Part shown: piece by piece, positions 9,493 to 20,504 of the stretch | Layout of the letters: each line of letters begins with the position of its first letter | Numbering within the stretch: position 1 is the first letter of the stretch | Assembly: GCA_965238005.1 (NCBI GenBank) | Contig: OZ250165.1 | Span: forward strand, 3,680,001-3,744,000 | Direction of reading: 5' to 3' | DNA: 64,000 bases | DNA from: Longimicrobiales bacterium | GTDB taxonomy: Bacteria > Gemmatimonadota > Gemmatimonadetes > Longimicrobiales > Gaopeijiaceae | Made by a program: the position numbers and the translations under genes | The notes under the pieces: model-generated | Database searches by the model: none | Seen by the model: only the letters and a program-made list of their open reading frames with translations | Told to the model about the DNA's origin: nothing

Positions 9493-10149
9493 TCACAGCT
9501 CCAGCCCGTACTGCAGTCCCAGAAAGCTCTGGCGATGGTGCGGCGTGGAGCCCAGCCGATCCAGGGCGTCGCGGTGCTCCTGGGTGGCGTAGCCCACGTT
9601 GTGGTCCCACCCATAGCCGGGATAACGCTTCGCCAGCTTGGTCATGAGGCGATCCCGGCACACCTTCGCCACGATGGACGCGCACGAGACCGAGTGCACC
9701 AACCCGTCGCCACCCACCACCGCTTCGTGCTTCCAGCGAAGCGACTTCATCGGGAGGCCGTCCACGACGACATGATCGGGTTTGACGGGTAGTCTGCGCA
9801 GAGCCCGGTTCATGGCCCACGCCGTGGCCACCAGGATGTTGGCTCGATCGATCTCCCGGACGGAGGCCGCGCCCAAAGCCACCGCGTGAGCACGGTCACG
9901 GATCACGCCCGCCAGCTCCTCCCGGGCCTCGGCGTCGAGCTCCTTGGAGTCCGTGGCCCCGTCGATGACGGTCCCTTCGGGAAGGATCACCGCGGCCGCC
10001 ACGACGGGTCCCGCAAGGGGGCCGCGCCCAACCTCATCCACCCCGGCCACCCCGGAAAGACCGCGGCTCCAGAACCGCCTCTCGTAGTCGAGGGGGTCCT
10101 GGAGCCGATCGCTTCCAGAATCGTCCGGCGACTTCGCCGGCGAGCTCAT
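9493..10149 (-). CDS. rnhB: Ribonuclease HII
   Basis: GVDEVGRGPLAGPV, DSK, ASIVAKVCRD, HRQSF. Confidence 0.97.
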   Translation of the reverse strand: MSSPAKSPDDSGSDRLQDPLDYERRFWSRGLSGVAGVDEVGRGPLAGPVVAAAVILPEGTVIDGATDSKELDAEAREELAGVIRDRAHAVALGAASVREIDRANILVATAWAMNRALRRLPVKPDHVVVDGLPMKSLRWKHEAVVGGDGLVHSVSCASIVAKVCRDRLMTKLAKRYPGYGWDHNVGYATQEHRDALDRLGSTPHHRQSFLGLQYGLEL

Positions 10150-10150
10150 G

Positions 10151-10171
10151 CTAGTGTGGACACCACACTAG
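10151..10171. mobile_element. Collapsed 21-bp footprint of the CTAG-targeting MITE family
   Basis: CTAGTGTGG-ACA-CCACACTAG. Its reverse complement starts CTAGTGTGGTGTCC, identical to the end of the element at 39930. It contains the rplS stop. Confidence 0.75.
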
Positions 10172-10518
10172 TTGGTCCGCTTCTCCCGGATCCGGGCTGC
10201 CTTGCCGCGCAGGCCTCTCAGGTAGTAGAGCTTGGCCCGGCGTACGCGTCCGCGCCGGACGACCTCTATACCCGTGACGGTGGGAGCGTGGAGGGGAAAC
10301 ACCCGCTCGACACCCACACCGCTGGAGATCTTCCGAACCGTGAAGGTCGCTCCGGTACCGGCGCCACGGCGCCCGATACAAACGCCCTCGAAGACCTGGA
10401 TCCGCTCCTTGGCCCCTTCACGGACGTTGTAGAGCACCCGAACCGTGTCACCGGGGGCGAAGTCCGGATCGTCGTCCCGCAGCTCCTCTCTCTCGAGCTC
10501 TTGTATCAGATCAGACAT
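10168..10518 (-). CDS. rplS: 50S ribosomal protein L19
   Basis: [52 protein letters not shown]. Confidence 0.98.
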   Translation of the reverse strand: MSDLIQELEREELRDDDPDFAPGDTVRVLYNVREGAKERIQVFEGVCIGRRGAGTGATFTVRKISSGVGVERVFPLHAPTVTGIEVVRRGRVRRAKLYYLRGLRGKAARIREKRTN

Positions 10519-10640
10519 GACGATCCTCTTGGTCCGGGCGAACTTGTCGTTCGTCAGAGACAAAATAATGCAGCGCTGGGCAGGGGTGAAGAGGTCGGGG
10601 GAACAAGCTCCCAAGGCCGTTTCGGAGCCGCGCTGCCGCG

Positions 10641-11327
10641 CTATCCCTCCTCGCGCTCCCGGGAGAGGCGAGCCGCCTCCGCCTCGCGCCAGGCCTCGAT
10701 CCTGGCGTGATCCCCGGTCCGCAGCACCTCAGGGACACGGTGCCCGCGGTACTCGGGTGGCCGTGTGTAGGACGGGGCGCTCAGCCGTCCTTCATCATAG
10801 AACGAGTCCGTCGACGCCGAGTCGTGATCTCCCATGGCGCCTGGGAGGAGCCTCACCACGGCATCCGTGACGGCCAGAGCCCCGATCTCGCCACCCGAGA
10901 GCACGAAGCGGCCGAGGGAGATCTCCTCGGTGGCCAGATGGTCGGCCACCCGCTGATCCACGTCCTTGTAATGGCCGCACAGGAGCGTCAGCTCGGGCTG
11001 CACGGAGTAGCGGACCGCGTCCGAGTGCTCGAACACTCTGCCGCGAGCCGAAAGAAGCACAACGGGTCCGGCCGGCTGGAGATTGTCCACCGCCTCGAAG
11101 AAAGGCTCGGGCTTCATCACCATGCCGGCCCCACCGCCGTAGGGAGTGTCGTCCACGGTCCGGTGCCGGTCGTGGGCGAAATCCCTCAGGTCGATGATGC
11201 GATAGCGCACCAGTCCGACCTGCTCAGCCCGTCCGGGAATGCTCGTCGCCAGAGGCTCCCGGAAGAAGTCGGGAAAGATCGTGACGATGTTGATGGTCAG
11301 GGGTTCTCGATCGGTCACGTCAGACAT
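10641..11327 (-). CDS. trmD: tRNA (guanine-N1)-methyltransferase
   Basis: [41 protein letters not shown]. Confidence 0.97.
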   Translation of the reverse strand: MSDVTDREPLTINIVTIFPDFFREPLATSIPGRAEQVGLVRYRIIDLRDFAHDRHRTVDDTPYGGGAGMVMKPEPFFEAVDNLQPAGPVVLLSARGRVFEHSDAVRYSVQPELTLLCGHYKDVDQRVADHLATEEISLGRFVLSGGEIGALAVTDAVVRLLPGAMGDHDSASTDSFYDEGRLSAPSYTRPPEYRGHRVPEVLRTGDHARIEAWREAEAARLSREREEG

Positions 11328-11862
11328 CCAACAGGCCGTCGGGAGGATCGAGGACGATGCGATTCTCATCCACGCTCACCGAATGAACCACCTTGGAGAT
11401 ATACGGGATCAGTATGCTCTTCTCGGGGCCCCTGACCTCGAGGAGATCGGCGGGCCGGAGCTCATAGACCTCCGAGACCTCGCCGATGCTGTCGCCATCC
11501 ACCGTCACCACCTCCATGCCCAGCAGGTCGTGGTAGAAGACCTCACCCTCTTCGAGCTCGCCGACGTCGTCCAGGGTGCGCAATACGTAGCAGTCACAGA
11601 GAGCCTCCGCGCCGGTCCGATCGTACACTCCCTCGAAACGGACCAGGAAGCCCCGGCGGTACGCGCGGCTCGTCTCGATCCGGCAGGTGGGCAGGTCGGG
11701 TGACAGCACGCCTTCGGCATCTCCCAGGTACAGAGCCACCCCGGGAGCGAACGTGCTCTCGGGGTGGTCGGTGAGAGGCCAGATGAAGACCTCTCCCTTG
11801 GTACCGTGTGCCTTGTTGAGGTGCCCCACCACGAGGTGCCGAGGGGCGTCCGTCCTACCCAT
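11320..11862 (-). CDS. rimM: 16S rRNA processing protein RimM
   Basis: VVGHLNKAHGTKGEV, FYHDLLGMEV and LIPY motifs; lies between rpsP and trmD. Confidence 0.95.
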   Translation of the reverse strand: MGRTDAPRHLVVGHLNKAHGTKGEVFIWPLTDHPESTFAPGVALYLGDAEGVLSPDLPTCRIETSRAYRRGFLVRFEGVYDRTGAEALCDCYVLRTLDDVGELEEGEVFYHDLLGMEVVTVDGDSIGEVSEVYELRPADLLEVRGPEKSILIPYISKVVHSVSVDENRIVLDPPDGLLDV

Positions 11863-11880
11863 GGTCGTGGGCTCGGAGGG

Positions 11881-12891
11881 TTACTCCGACTTCTCCTCCC
11901 CGTCCTCTTCGGCCTCGGCATCTGCCTCGGCGGCGGGCTCCTCCTCGGCTTCCGCCTCGGGGGCTTCCTCTTCGGTAGCCTCGGGCTCCGACTCCTCTTC
12001 GGCGGCGGGCTCTTCCTCGGCTTCCGCCTTGGGGGCCTCCTCTTCGGCAGCTTCGGCCTCGGGCTCCGACTCCTCTTCGGCGGCGGGCTCTTCCTCGGCT
12101 TCCGCCTCGGGGGCTTCCTCTTCGGCAGCCTCGGCCTCGGGCTCCGACTCCTCCTCGGCGGCCGGCTCCTCCTCGGACTCGGCTGCGGGGGCTTCCTCTT
12201 CGGCAGCCTCGGCCTCGGGCTCCGACTCCTCCTCGGCGGCCGGCTCCTCCTCGGACTCGGCTGCGGGGGCTTCCTCTTCGGCAGCTTCGGCCTCGGGCTC
12301 CGACTCCTCTTCGGCGGCGGGCTCTTCCTCGGCTTCCGCCGCGGGGGCCTCCTCTTCGGTAGCCTCGGGCTCCGACTCCTCTTCGGCGGCGGGCTCCTCC
12401 TCGGCTTCCGCCTCGGGAGCCTCCTCTTCGGCAGCTTCGGCCTCGGGTGCGTCGTCTTCAGCAGCCTCGACGTCGGCCTCGGCGGCGTCGAGCTCGGCAG
12501 CCGCCGCAGTCGCGGCCTCCTGGGCCACCTCGGCTGCCGCCGCCGCCTCGCGGGCCTTCGCCTCTGCTTTCCGGCGCTCCGCAAGGGCAGCGGTCTTCAG
12601 AGCCTTCACCTCCTCCGGATCGAGCTCGCCGAGAGCCACGGAAGTATCACCACCCTTGCGGGCCTTGTTCAGCAGCGTTCGGACGGTGTCGGTGGGCTCG
12701 GCACCCTTGGCGATCCACGCGTCGGCCTTCTCGACGTCCACCACGAGGCGGGCCGGGCTCGTCAGAGGCTTGTAGTACCCAAGCGTCTCGACGAAACGGC
12801 CATCTCGCGGAGCTGCGGAGTCGGCCACCACGATGCGGAAGTGGGCCTGCTTCTTACGGCCCATGCGACGAAGTCGGATTTTTACGGCCAT
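11881..12891 (-). CDS. rpsP: 30S ribosomal protein S16 with a very long acidic repeat tail
   Basis: [45 protein letters not shown], followed by about 250 aa rich in E/A/P. Confidence 0.96.
   Translation of the reverse strand: MAVKIRLRRMGRKKQAHFRIVVADSAAPRDGRFVETLGYYKPLTSPARLVVDVEKADAWIAKGAEPTDTVRTLLNKARKGGDTSVALGELDPEEVKALKTAALAERRKAEAKAREAAAAAEVAQEAATAAAAELDAAEADVEAAEDDAPEAEAAEEEAPEAEAEEEPAAEEESEPEATEEEAPAAEAEEEPAAEEESEPEAEAAEEEAPAAESEEEPAAEEESEPEAEAAEEEAPAAESEEEPAAEEESEPEAEAAEEEAPEAEAEEEPAAEEESEPEAEAAEEEAPKAEAEEEPAAEEESEPEATEEEAPEAEAEEEPAAEADAEAEEDGEEKSE
11925..12445 (-). repeat. Coding tandem repeat of about 72-78 nt ([14 protein letters not shown][EA]xEEEAPxAEx), about 6.5 copies
   Basis: Visible in both DNA and translation; recurring ggctccgactcctc units. 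Confidence 0.9.
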
Positions 12892-12948
12892 ATGCGCTTT
12901 CCAGTCGGTCCCTTACGTAGCCGGCTTACCCGGCGTCTCCCTCGATGA

Positions 12949-14247
12949 TCAGAAGGGCATCATGCCCTTCATCTGCTTCATGAACTTCTGCGTCTCCTTG
13001 AACTGCTTCAGCAGCCGGTTCACTTCCGCGACCGGCCGCCCACTTCCCTTGGCGATCCTCGCCCTCCGGGATCCGTCCAGGAGCCCCGGCTTACGCCGCT
13101 CATCCGGCGTCATCGAGAGGATGATGGCCTCTACGTGCTTCATCCTCTTCGGATCGACTCCCCCTGCGGGCATCGCCCGTGCGGCCCCGGGAATCATCTT
13201 CAACAACTGCTCTAGGGGCCCCATCTTCTGGACCTGCCGCATGGCAGTCAAGAAGTCCTCGAGCGTGAAGCGGCCACGGAGCATTTGCTCCTGGAGCTTC
13301 TCCTGGGTCTCGGTGTCCATGGCCTGCTCGGCCTTTTCAACCAGACCCACCACGTCGCCCATCTGAAGGATCCGCCCGGCCAACCGCTCCGGATCGGCCA
13401 ACTCCAGATCGTCCACCGTCTCGCCCACGCCCACAAATTTGATGGGCTTCCCGACGACGCCACGGATGGAGAGCGCTGCTCCCCCCCGGGCATCACCGTC
13501 CATCTTGGTGAGGATCACCCCCGTCAGGCCCAACGCTTCGTCGAACCCTTCGGCGATCCTCACCGCCTCCTGCCCGGTCATGGCGTCGGCCACGAGGAGG
13601 ATCTCTTGCGGCTCGAGGTCCGCCTTCAACCGGCGCAGCTCGTCCATCATCGGCTCATCGATCTGCAGCCTTCCGGCCGTATCGACGATAAGGACCGACC
13701 TGAGGTCCCGCCTGGCGACTTCGACGGCCGCCTTCGCCACCAGAACCGGGTCGCCTCCCGGCTCGCCCTTGTGGACCGGCAGGCCGATCTGCTCGCCCAG
13801 GGTGGCCAGCTGGTCCACCGCGGCGGGCCGATACAGGTCGCAGGCCGCCAACAACGGCGCTCGGCCCTCCTTGGCCAGACGCTTCGCCAGCTTTGCGACG
13901 GTGGTCGTCTTCCCCGACCCCTGCAGGCCCACCACCATGAAGACGGTAGGCACCGACGAAGCCCAGTGAAGCGTGGGCCTGCCCTCGCCCAGCAGATTCG
14001 CCAGCTCGTCATGGACGATCTTGACGATTTGCTGCCCCGGCGACACGGACTTCACGACCTGGTCCCCGAGCGCGCGCTCCTGCACGTGCTGGAGGAACTC
14101 CCGCGTCACCTTGTAATTGACGTCGGCCTCGAGGAGGACCCGCCGTACCTCGCGGAGCCCGTCCCGGATCATGGGCTCCGTCAGGATGCCCCGCTGCCGG
14201 AACTTGCCGAGAGCGCTGTCTAGCTTCTTGCCGAGTTCATCGAACAT
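12949..14247 (-). CDS. ffh: Signal recognition particle protein Ffh
   Basis: GLQGSGKTTT, DTAGR, TKMDGDARGGAALS and the M-domain motif SMTPDER. Confidence 0.98.
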   Translation of the reverse strand: MFDELGKKLDSALGKFRQRGILTEPMIRDGLREVRRVLLEADVNYKVTREFLQHVQERALGDQVVKSVSPGQQIVKIVHDELANLLGEGRPTLHWASSVPTVFMVVGLQGSGKTTTVAKLAKRLAKEGRAPLLAACDLYRPAAVDQLATLGEQIGLPVHKGEPGGDPVLVAKAAVEVARRDLRSVLIVDTAGRLQIDEPMMDELRRLKADLEPQEILLVADAMTGQEAVRIAEGFDEALGLTGVILTKMDGDARGGAALSIRGVVGKPIKFVGVGETVDDLELADPERLAGRILQMGDVVGLVEKAEQAMDTETQEKLQEQMLRGRFTLEDFLTAMRQVQKMGPLEQLLKMIPGAARAMPAGGVDPKRMKHVEAIILSMTPDERRKPGLLDGSRRARIAKGSGRPVAEVNRLLKQFKETQKFMKQMKGMMPF

Positions 14248-14375
14248 CGGCGACCGATCCTCCTCGTTGGCGACCCCACCCGCTCACCTCACGACCTACG
14301 CGCGGACGAGGTGGATGCGACAAAGCTTTGTAAGATATGAATTTCGCAGGACGCCCTCAACGGCTGTCCGGGAGT

Positions 14376-15677
<1,302 letters not shown>

Positions 15678-15755
15678 GGTGCGCTTCTTTGTTTGGAGGG
15701 GTCTAGAGGTCTGTGTACTCCATCAACAGACCTCCTATGGACCCTATTGGACACG

Positions 15756-15784
15756 AAAAAAGCCCATTCGTCGGGGAATGGGCT
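15756..15784 (-). terminator. Intrinsic terminator in the purA 5' region
   Basis: Minus strand reads AGCCCATTC-CCCGAC-GAATGGGCT-TTTTT: a 9-bp stem followed by a U tract. Confidence 0.8.
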
Positions 15785-15807
15785 CTGGGCGGTGGATCCT
15801 TTGGTGG

Positions 15808-15836
15808 AAGCTAGATCGCCAGGAGGAGCGAGTCAA
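15808..15836 (-). promoter_or_regulatory. Sigma70-type promoter facing purA
   Basis: Minus strand TTGACT-17 nt-TAGCTT. Confidence 0.6.
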
Positions 15837-15903
15837 CGAGTGGCCCCCTCTCTCGGCGATCCGGAGGTCCCCTCCGATGCATCGGGAGATCCCCTCCGAC
15901 GAA

Positions 15904-18174
15904 TCAGAAGGTGCGCCCTACGAACAGGTAGAGGGTGTCACCTCCGGAAGTGGCCCGCCCGTACACCAGGTACAGGGGCCCCAACAGCGTCTCCATGCCC
16001 ACGAAGACGCTCGCTCCACCCTTGAGCTCGTCGAGCCGCACACCGCCCGCTTCCGGCCACGCGCTGCCCGCCTCCACGGAAAACCCCACGTGTAGATCCC
16101 CGCCCTGGGGCGTGGTATTCAGCGTGGCCACGTTCCTTCGGAACGTGGCGCGGGCGAAACCGTATTTCCTGCCGACGACCTGCCGTGGCCGGAGTCCGGA
16201 GAGCTGCTGGAAGCCACCCAGAGCGAAGTCGTGGTGCAAGGGCAGCTTCGACGTCAACCCGGTCCCGAACCGTAACTCCACGAGCATCGTGTTGCTTCCC
16301 CTCGAGAGAGCCGTCAGAAAGGCGCTTTGCAGGCGGGTGTACGTAGGATCGGCCCCCAGTGACCGCGCGGAGCGGTACGCCTCGATGCGAGCCCAGGTCC
16401 CACTCCTGGGGAACGACGCGTCGTCCAGGAGATCCACCGAGAGGCGAGCCAGGATCGCCCCCACATCGGCGCTGAGCTCCTCCCCGGTCGCCTCGGCCCC
16501 CGAGCCCCTCCGCTCCACCTTTCCCCGGATGAGCTCGACGCGGAATTCGCCCCAGTCCTGCCACTGAGCTCCGAAGGCGATCGCCGCGTTGAGCTCACGA
16601 ATACCGCGGTTCACCTCGCCGGCCCCGAGGACGGCAACCTCCAGGGACTCCTCCCGGTAGTCGAGGCGCGGCGCGATGAAGAAACGGCCGTCGACGTCGA
16701 GGGGCTGGTAGAGCTCAACCTCGGCCCCCTGGGCGTCTCCGAGACGAATCTCCGTGAGAAGCTCTCCTCCGCGACGGTTGAGCTGGGTCTGGGTGTGGGT
16801 AGCGAGAATCGTGAAGCTGCTCCGGCCCCGTTCCAGGTCGTTTCCGAACGCCACCCCGAAGCGCATGAGACCCGGACCCCACGGCTTCTCGGTCACCTGG
16901 ACCAGCAGTCCGTTGGCATCGCCCTCTTGCACGAGGCTGTAGTCCACTCCCTGGTAGAGCCCCATGGCGAAGACCCGGTTGAGGGCACGCTCGAGCGTCT
17001 CGGCTGTCAGCGGCTGCCCCACGGAGAGCCCCAGCCGGGCGCGCAGCACGGCGGAGCTCATGCGCTGGGTCCCCGCGATGTGGACGAAGTCGATGGTCTG
17101 GGGCCGTGCCTCCTCACGGCGGCGGCTCTCACTGAATGCCCGGTAGGCTTCGGGGCTCAAGCTCCACTGTGCGAGATCCTCGCCCGCGGCCCGGGCGCTC
17201 TCGGCTCCCGCATCGAAGGTACCGGTGAGCGAGCGGAATTCCGTGATCGGCACATCGGCGACGTCGGGGCGGAGGAGAACGTCCCGTCCCGGTACCAGAG
17301 CCTCTCTTTGTGGCACGGTGTTCCGGAGCGTGGAGATGCGGAGCGTCTGGGCCGTGACCTCGATGGCGCTCTTCAACTCGTCGGCCTGGTAGAGGGGAGG
17401 CGTCAGGTCCACAGCGATCACCACGTCGGCACCCATGGCCCGGACCACGTCCACCGGCAGATTGCGCACCGGCCCGCCATCGACGAGGACGCGCCCCTGG
17501 AGCTCCACCGGAGAGAACGCCCCGGGGAGCGACATGCTGGCATGGATCGCCGTGGAGAGATCCCCCCTGTCCAGGACCACCATCTCGCCGGTCACGAGAT
17601 CCATGGCTACGGCGACGAAGGGCGTGGGCAGCTCCTCGAACGATCGAATGTGTGCCACCGGAAGTGTTGCCGAACGGAGCGTGAGCTCCACGTTCTGGCC
17701 GGTGACGATCCCCGTAGGAAGTCGGAATTCCCCCCCGTTGAAGCCGACCTCGAGTCGGGAGGGGACCCGCCGGTCGGTGTTTTTGAGACGGAACGGCTGG
17801 TGGCGCCTGGGCGGTCGGTCGGAGAGCAAGTCCTGCCAGTCCAGCGACTCCAGGAGAGCCTTCAGCTCCTGGACGCTCATGCCCGACGCATAGAGCCCCC
17901 CGATGGCGGACCCGATGCTCGTTCCCGCGATGTAGTCCACGGGAATCCGGAGCTCCTCAAGAACCTCGAGGACGCCGACGTGGGCCCCTCCCTTCGCCCC
18001 GCCACCGCCGAGCACGAGACCGACCTTGGGGCGGGAGGTATCCGCTCCAGGACTGTCGTACAGGCCCGGCCGCTGGGCGAAGGCGGTGGCGGGAACCCCC
18101 GCTGCGACGATCACAGTCAGGAGGGCCGAGGCTCGTGATCTGAGGACCGAGGCCCGAGATGAGGGAAACGCCAA
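15904..18174 (-). CDS. Patatin-like phospholipase fused to POTRA and Omp85-like barrel (PlpD-type)
   Basis: Signal peptide, GGGAKG, GTSIG and DGG motifs; C-terminal barrel strands ending in F. Confidence 0.9.
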   Translation of the reverse strand: MAFPSSRASVLRSRASALLTVIVAAGVPATAFAQRPGLYDSPGADTSRPKVGLVLGGGGAKGGAHVGVLEVLEELRIPVDYIAGTSIGSAIGGLYASGMSVQELKALLESLDWQDLLSDRPPRRHQPFRLKNTDRRVPSRLEVGFNGGEFRLPTGIVTGQNVELTLRSATLPVAHIRSFEELPTPFVAVAMDLVTGEMVVLDRGDLSTAIHASMSLPGAFSPVELQGRVLVDGGPVRNLPVDVVRAMGADVVIAVDLTPPLYQADELKSAIEVTAQTLRISTLRNTVPQREALVPGRDVLLRPDVADVPITEFRSLTGTFDAGAESARAAGEDLAQWSLSPEAYRAFSESRRREEARPQTIDFVHIAGTQRMSSAVLRARLGLSVGQPLTAETLERALNRVFAMGLYQGVDYSLVQEGDANGLLVQVTEKPWGPGLMRFGVAFGNDLERGRSSFTILATHTQTQLNRRGGELLTEIRLGDAQGAEVELYQPLDVDGRFFIAPRLDYREESLEVAVLGAGEVNRGIRELNAAIAFGAQWQDWGEFRVELIRGKVERRGSGAEATGEELSADVGAILARLSVDLLDDASFPRSGTWARIEAYRSARSLGADPTYTRLQSAFLTALSRGSNTMLVELRFGTGLTSKLPLHHDFALGGFQQLSGLRPRQVVGRKYGFARATFRRNVATLNTTPQGGDLHVGFSVEAGSAWPEAGGVRLDELKGGASVFVGMETLLGPLYLVYGRATSGGDTLYLFVGRTF

Positions 18175-18186
18175 AACGGGGGTAAC

Positions 18187-19104
18187 CTACGTGGAGGAGC
18201 CCGCCGTTACGGTGAGCCCCGCACGATCCAGCACCTTGGCCACATCGTCCCTGCGATGGTCCGGCAGCGGCTGGAGAGGCGGGCGCGGATCGCCGCCCCG
18301 GAGCCCGAGGAAATCCATGGCCACCTTCACCCCGGGAACACCCATGCCGCCCACGATCTCCTGGTGGGCCGGTGCGATCACCTCCTGGATGCGCCCGGCC
18401 TCGGCAGAGTCTCCGTCCACAAAGGCCTGGTGAATGGCCGCCGAGTGCCCCGGCGCCAAGCAGGCCACCGCCAAGATGCCACCCACCGCACCCAGCTCGA
18501 GCCCGCCATAGAAGATCGCTCCACTCCCCACCACGACCTGGAAGTCGTCACGGGTACGCGACACCACCTCACCCACCAGCTCGAGGCTGCCCCGCGAGTC
18601 CTTCATTCCGATGATGTTGTCCAGCTTGGACAGATCGGCCAGGAGGCTAATGGAGAACTCGAGGGTGCTCATCCGGAGCGGCACCTGGTAGACGATGACC
18701 GGGATCGGAGAGGCCTTGGCCACCGCTCGGTAGTGATCCAGGAGGGCAGAGTCGGTCATGGCCCCGCGGTAGAACGCCGGGGGCTGGACCAATACCGCGT
18801 CTGCGCCCGCCTCGGCGGCTAGGTCGCAGCGCCGGATCGTTGCGCGGGTGGACTCGGCTCCGGTGCCCGCCACCAACAGCCGGTCGTCTGAGATCAGATC
18901 CCGGGCGCCCTCCAGGACGGCGGCACGCTCGTCCTCGTCGAGCAGGAGCGCCTCTCCCGTGGAGCCGCCGACCACGATCCCCCGGATCGGGTGGGCCAGC
19001 CAACTCCTGAAGTTCGCACGGATGCCGACGAGATCGACCTCGCCGGTGACGGGGTCGAAGGGGGTCGTGCAGGGGATGAGTACTCCGGACAGATCCACGC
19101 TCAT
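18187..19104 (-). CDS. DapA/NanA-family aldolase (HOGA-like paralogue)
   Basis: TTPF, GSTGE, VYQVP and GMKDS (Schiff-base Lys). Confidence 0.88.
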   Translation of the reverse strand: MSVDLSGVLIPCTTPFDPVTGEVDLVGIRANFRSWLAHPIRGIVVGGSTGEALLLDEDERAAVLEGARDLISDDRLLVAGTGAESTRATIRRCDLAAEAGADAVLVQPPAFYRGAMTDSALLDHYRAVAKASPIPVIVYQVPLRMSTLEFSISLLADLSKLDNIIGMKDSRGSLELVGEVVSRTRDDFQVVVGSGAIFYGGLELGAVGGILAVACLAPGHSAAIHQAFVDGDSAEAGRIQEVIAPAHQEIVGGMGVPGVKVAMDFLGLRGGDPRPPLQPLPDHRRDDVAKVLDRAGLTVTAGSST

Positions 19105-20234
19105 GAGCCGAGCACCCCCGCGCCGCTCGGATCACCACCCGGCACCCCACCCGCATGGCCGCTTCCCGGTCCGCCGAGGATGTTCATCTTCAGATCGAAG
19201 TCGCTGGGGCTGTTGGACGCCGCCTTTCCGACCTGGAAGGTGATCAGCCCCTCGGTCACGAGCTCCATGAGGTGCTGATCGAAGGTCTGGGACCCGTAGT
19301 GCTCCCTCCCCTCGGCGATCAGGTCGTGAATCTCATCGATCCGCTCGGTATCGAGGATGCAGTCCCGGATGGTCCCCGTGACGCGCATGATCTCGGTCGC
19401 CACGACCCGTCCCAGGCCGTCGACGGTGGGAACCAGCCGCTGGCTGATCACGGACTGAATCGAGTCCGCCAGACGGACGCGGATCATGTCCTGCTCATCG
19501 TGCGTGAACACGGCGATCAGGCGGGACAGGGTCTGGACCGCGTTCTTGGTGTGGACCGTCGAGATGACCAGGTGACCGGTCTCGGCGGCCAGGAGCCCCG
19601 TATCGATGGTCTCCTTGTCGCGCATCTCACCGATGAGCAGAACGTCGGGGTCCTGGCGAAGGGAGGCCCGCAGCCCGGTCGCGAAGGACTCCGTATCGGA
19701 GCCCACGTCCCGCTGTGTGACGGAGGAGTTGAGGTCCCGGTGGAGGAACTCGATGGGGTTCTCCAGCGTGACGATGTGCTTCTTCATATGGCGGTTGATG
19801 TAGCCGATCATGGCCGCCATGGTGGAGCTCTTCCCGCTCCCCGTGACGCCCGTCACCAGGACCAGCCCGCGCTCCGTCTGTGAGATTTCCTCGAGGACCT
19901 TGGGCATCCTGAGATCCGCGAAGGTCGGGATCTCGATGGGGATGATCCGCATCACGATGGAGAAGACGCCCCGCTGCCTACTGATGTTCACACGGAAGCG
20001 GCCCAGCCCGGGAAGGCCCCAGGAGCAGTCGTAGTCCATGAGCTCGTCGATGCGGTCCCGGTCTTTCTCGTGGGGGATCAGCTTTACGGCGAGCTCCCGG
20101 ACCTGGGAGTGGGAGATCTTCTGCTCGGTGAGGGGGGCCAGCTCTCCGTGAAGACGGGCTCGGACATAGTCACCGGCCTTGATGTGGATGTCGCTGGCTC
20201 CATCCTGGATCGCCTTCTTGAACATCTCATTCAT
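19101..20234 (-). CDS. pilT: PilT/PilU family type IV pilus ATPase
   Basis: ASDIHI, GVTGSGKSST, LRQDPDVLLIGEMRD, AETGHLV, QTFDQHL. Confidence 0.9.
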   Translation of the reverse strand: MNEMFKKAIQDGASDIHIKAGDYVRARLHGELAPLTEQKISHSQVRELAVKLIPHEKDRDRIDELMDYDCSWGLPGLGRFRVNISRQRGVFSIVMRIIPIEIPTFADLRMPKVLEEISQTERGLVLVTGVTGSGKSSTMAAMIGYINRHMKKHIVTLENPIEFLHRDLNSSVTQRDVGSDTESFATGLRASLRQDPDVLLIGEMRDKETIDTGLLAAETGHLVISTVHTKNAVQTLSRLIAVFTHDEQDMIRVRLADSIQSVISQRLVPTVDGLGRVVATEIMRVTGTIRDCILDTERIDEIHDLIAEGREHYGSQTFDQHLMELVTEGLITFQVGKAASNSPSDFDLKMNILGGPGSGHAGGVPGGDPSGAGVLGS

Positions 20235-20313
20235 TGGGCATCACCTTCGGTGATTCCTTAGATAGGGTCCTATCGCAAAGTACCGACGTTCCACCACGGG
20301 CGAAATCCGTCTC

Positions 20314-20499
20314 CTGGTGTTCCGTTGCCGAAGTTCGCGAGCCACCAAGAGGGTCGGGGCGCCGTGGGATCAAGGCGGGACGACGCGGCGTAGCGCAAGC
20401 GGGCACCGCGCGAAGCGTGGTCGTAAGGAGTTCCAACGCCGAGCCCACGGATGCACCGTGCCCTCGACTGGCCGAGACACTTTGGTAACGGGACACTAG
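20314..20499. mobile_element. MITE, about 186 bp, with imperfect terminal inverted repeats
   Basis: Ends are CTG-GTGTTCCGTTGCCGAAGT and ACTTTGGTAACGGGACAC-TAG (15/18 match). The interior is homologous to the 39931-40207 element. Confidence 0.8.
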
Positions 20500-20504
20500 T
20501 GCCC

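Noticed and set aside
11925..12445. Regularly spaced repeats resembling a CRISPR array
   Set aside because: They are in-frame coding repeats of the S16 tail with no unique spacers, and no cas genes are present.
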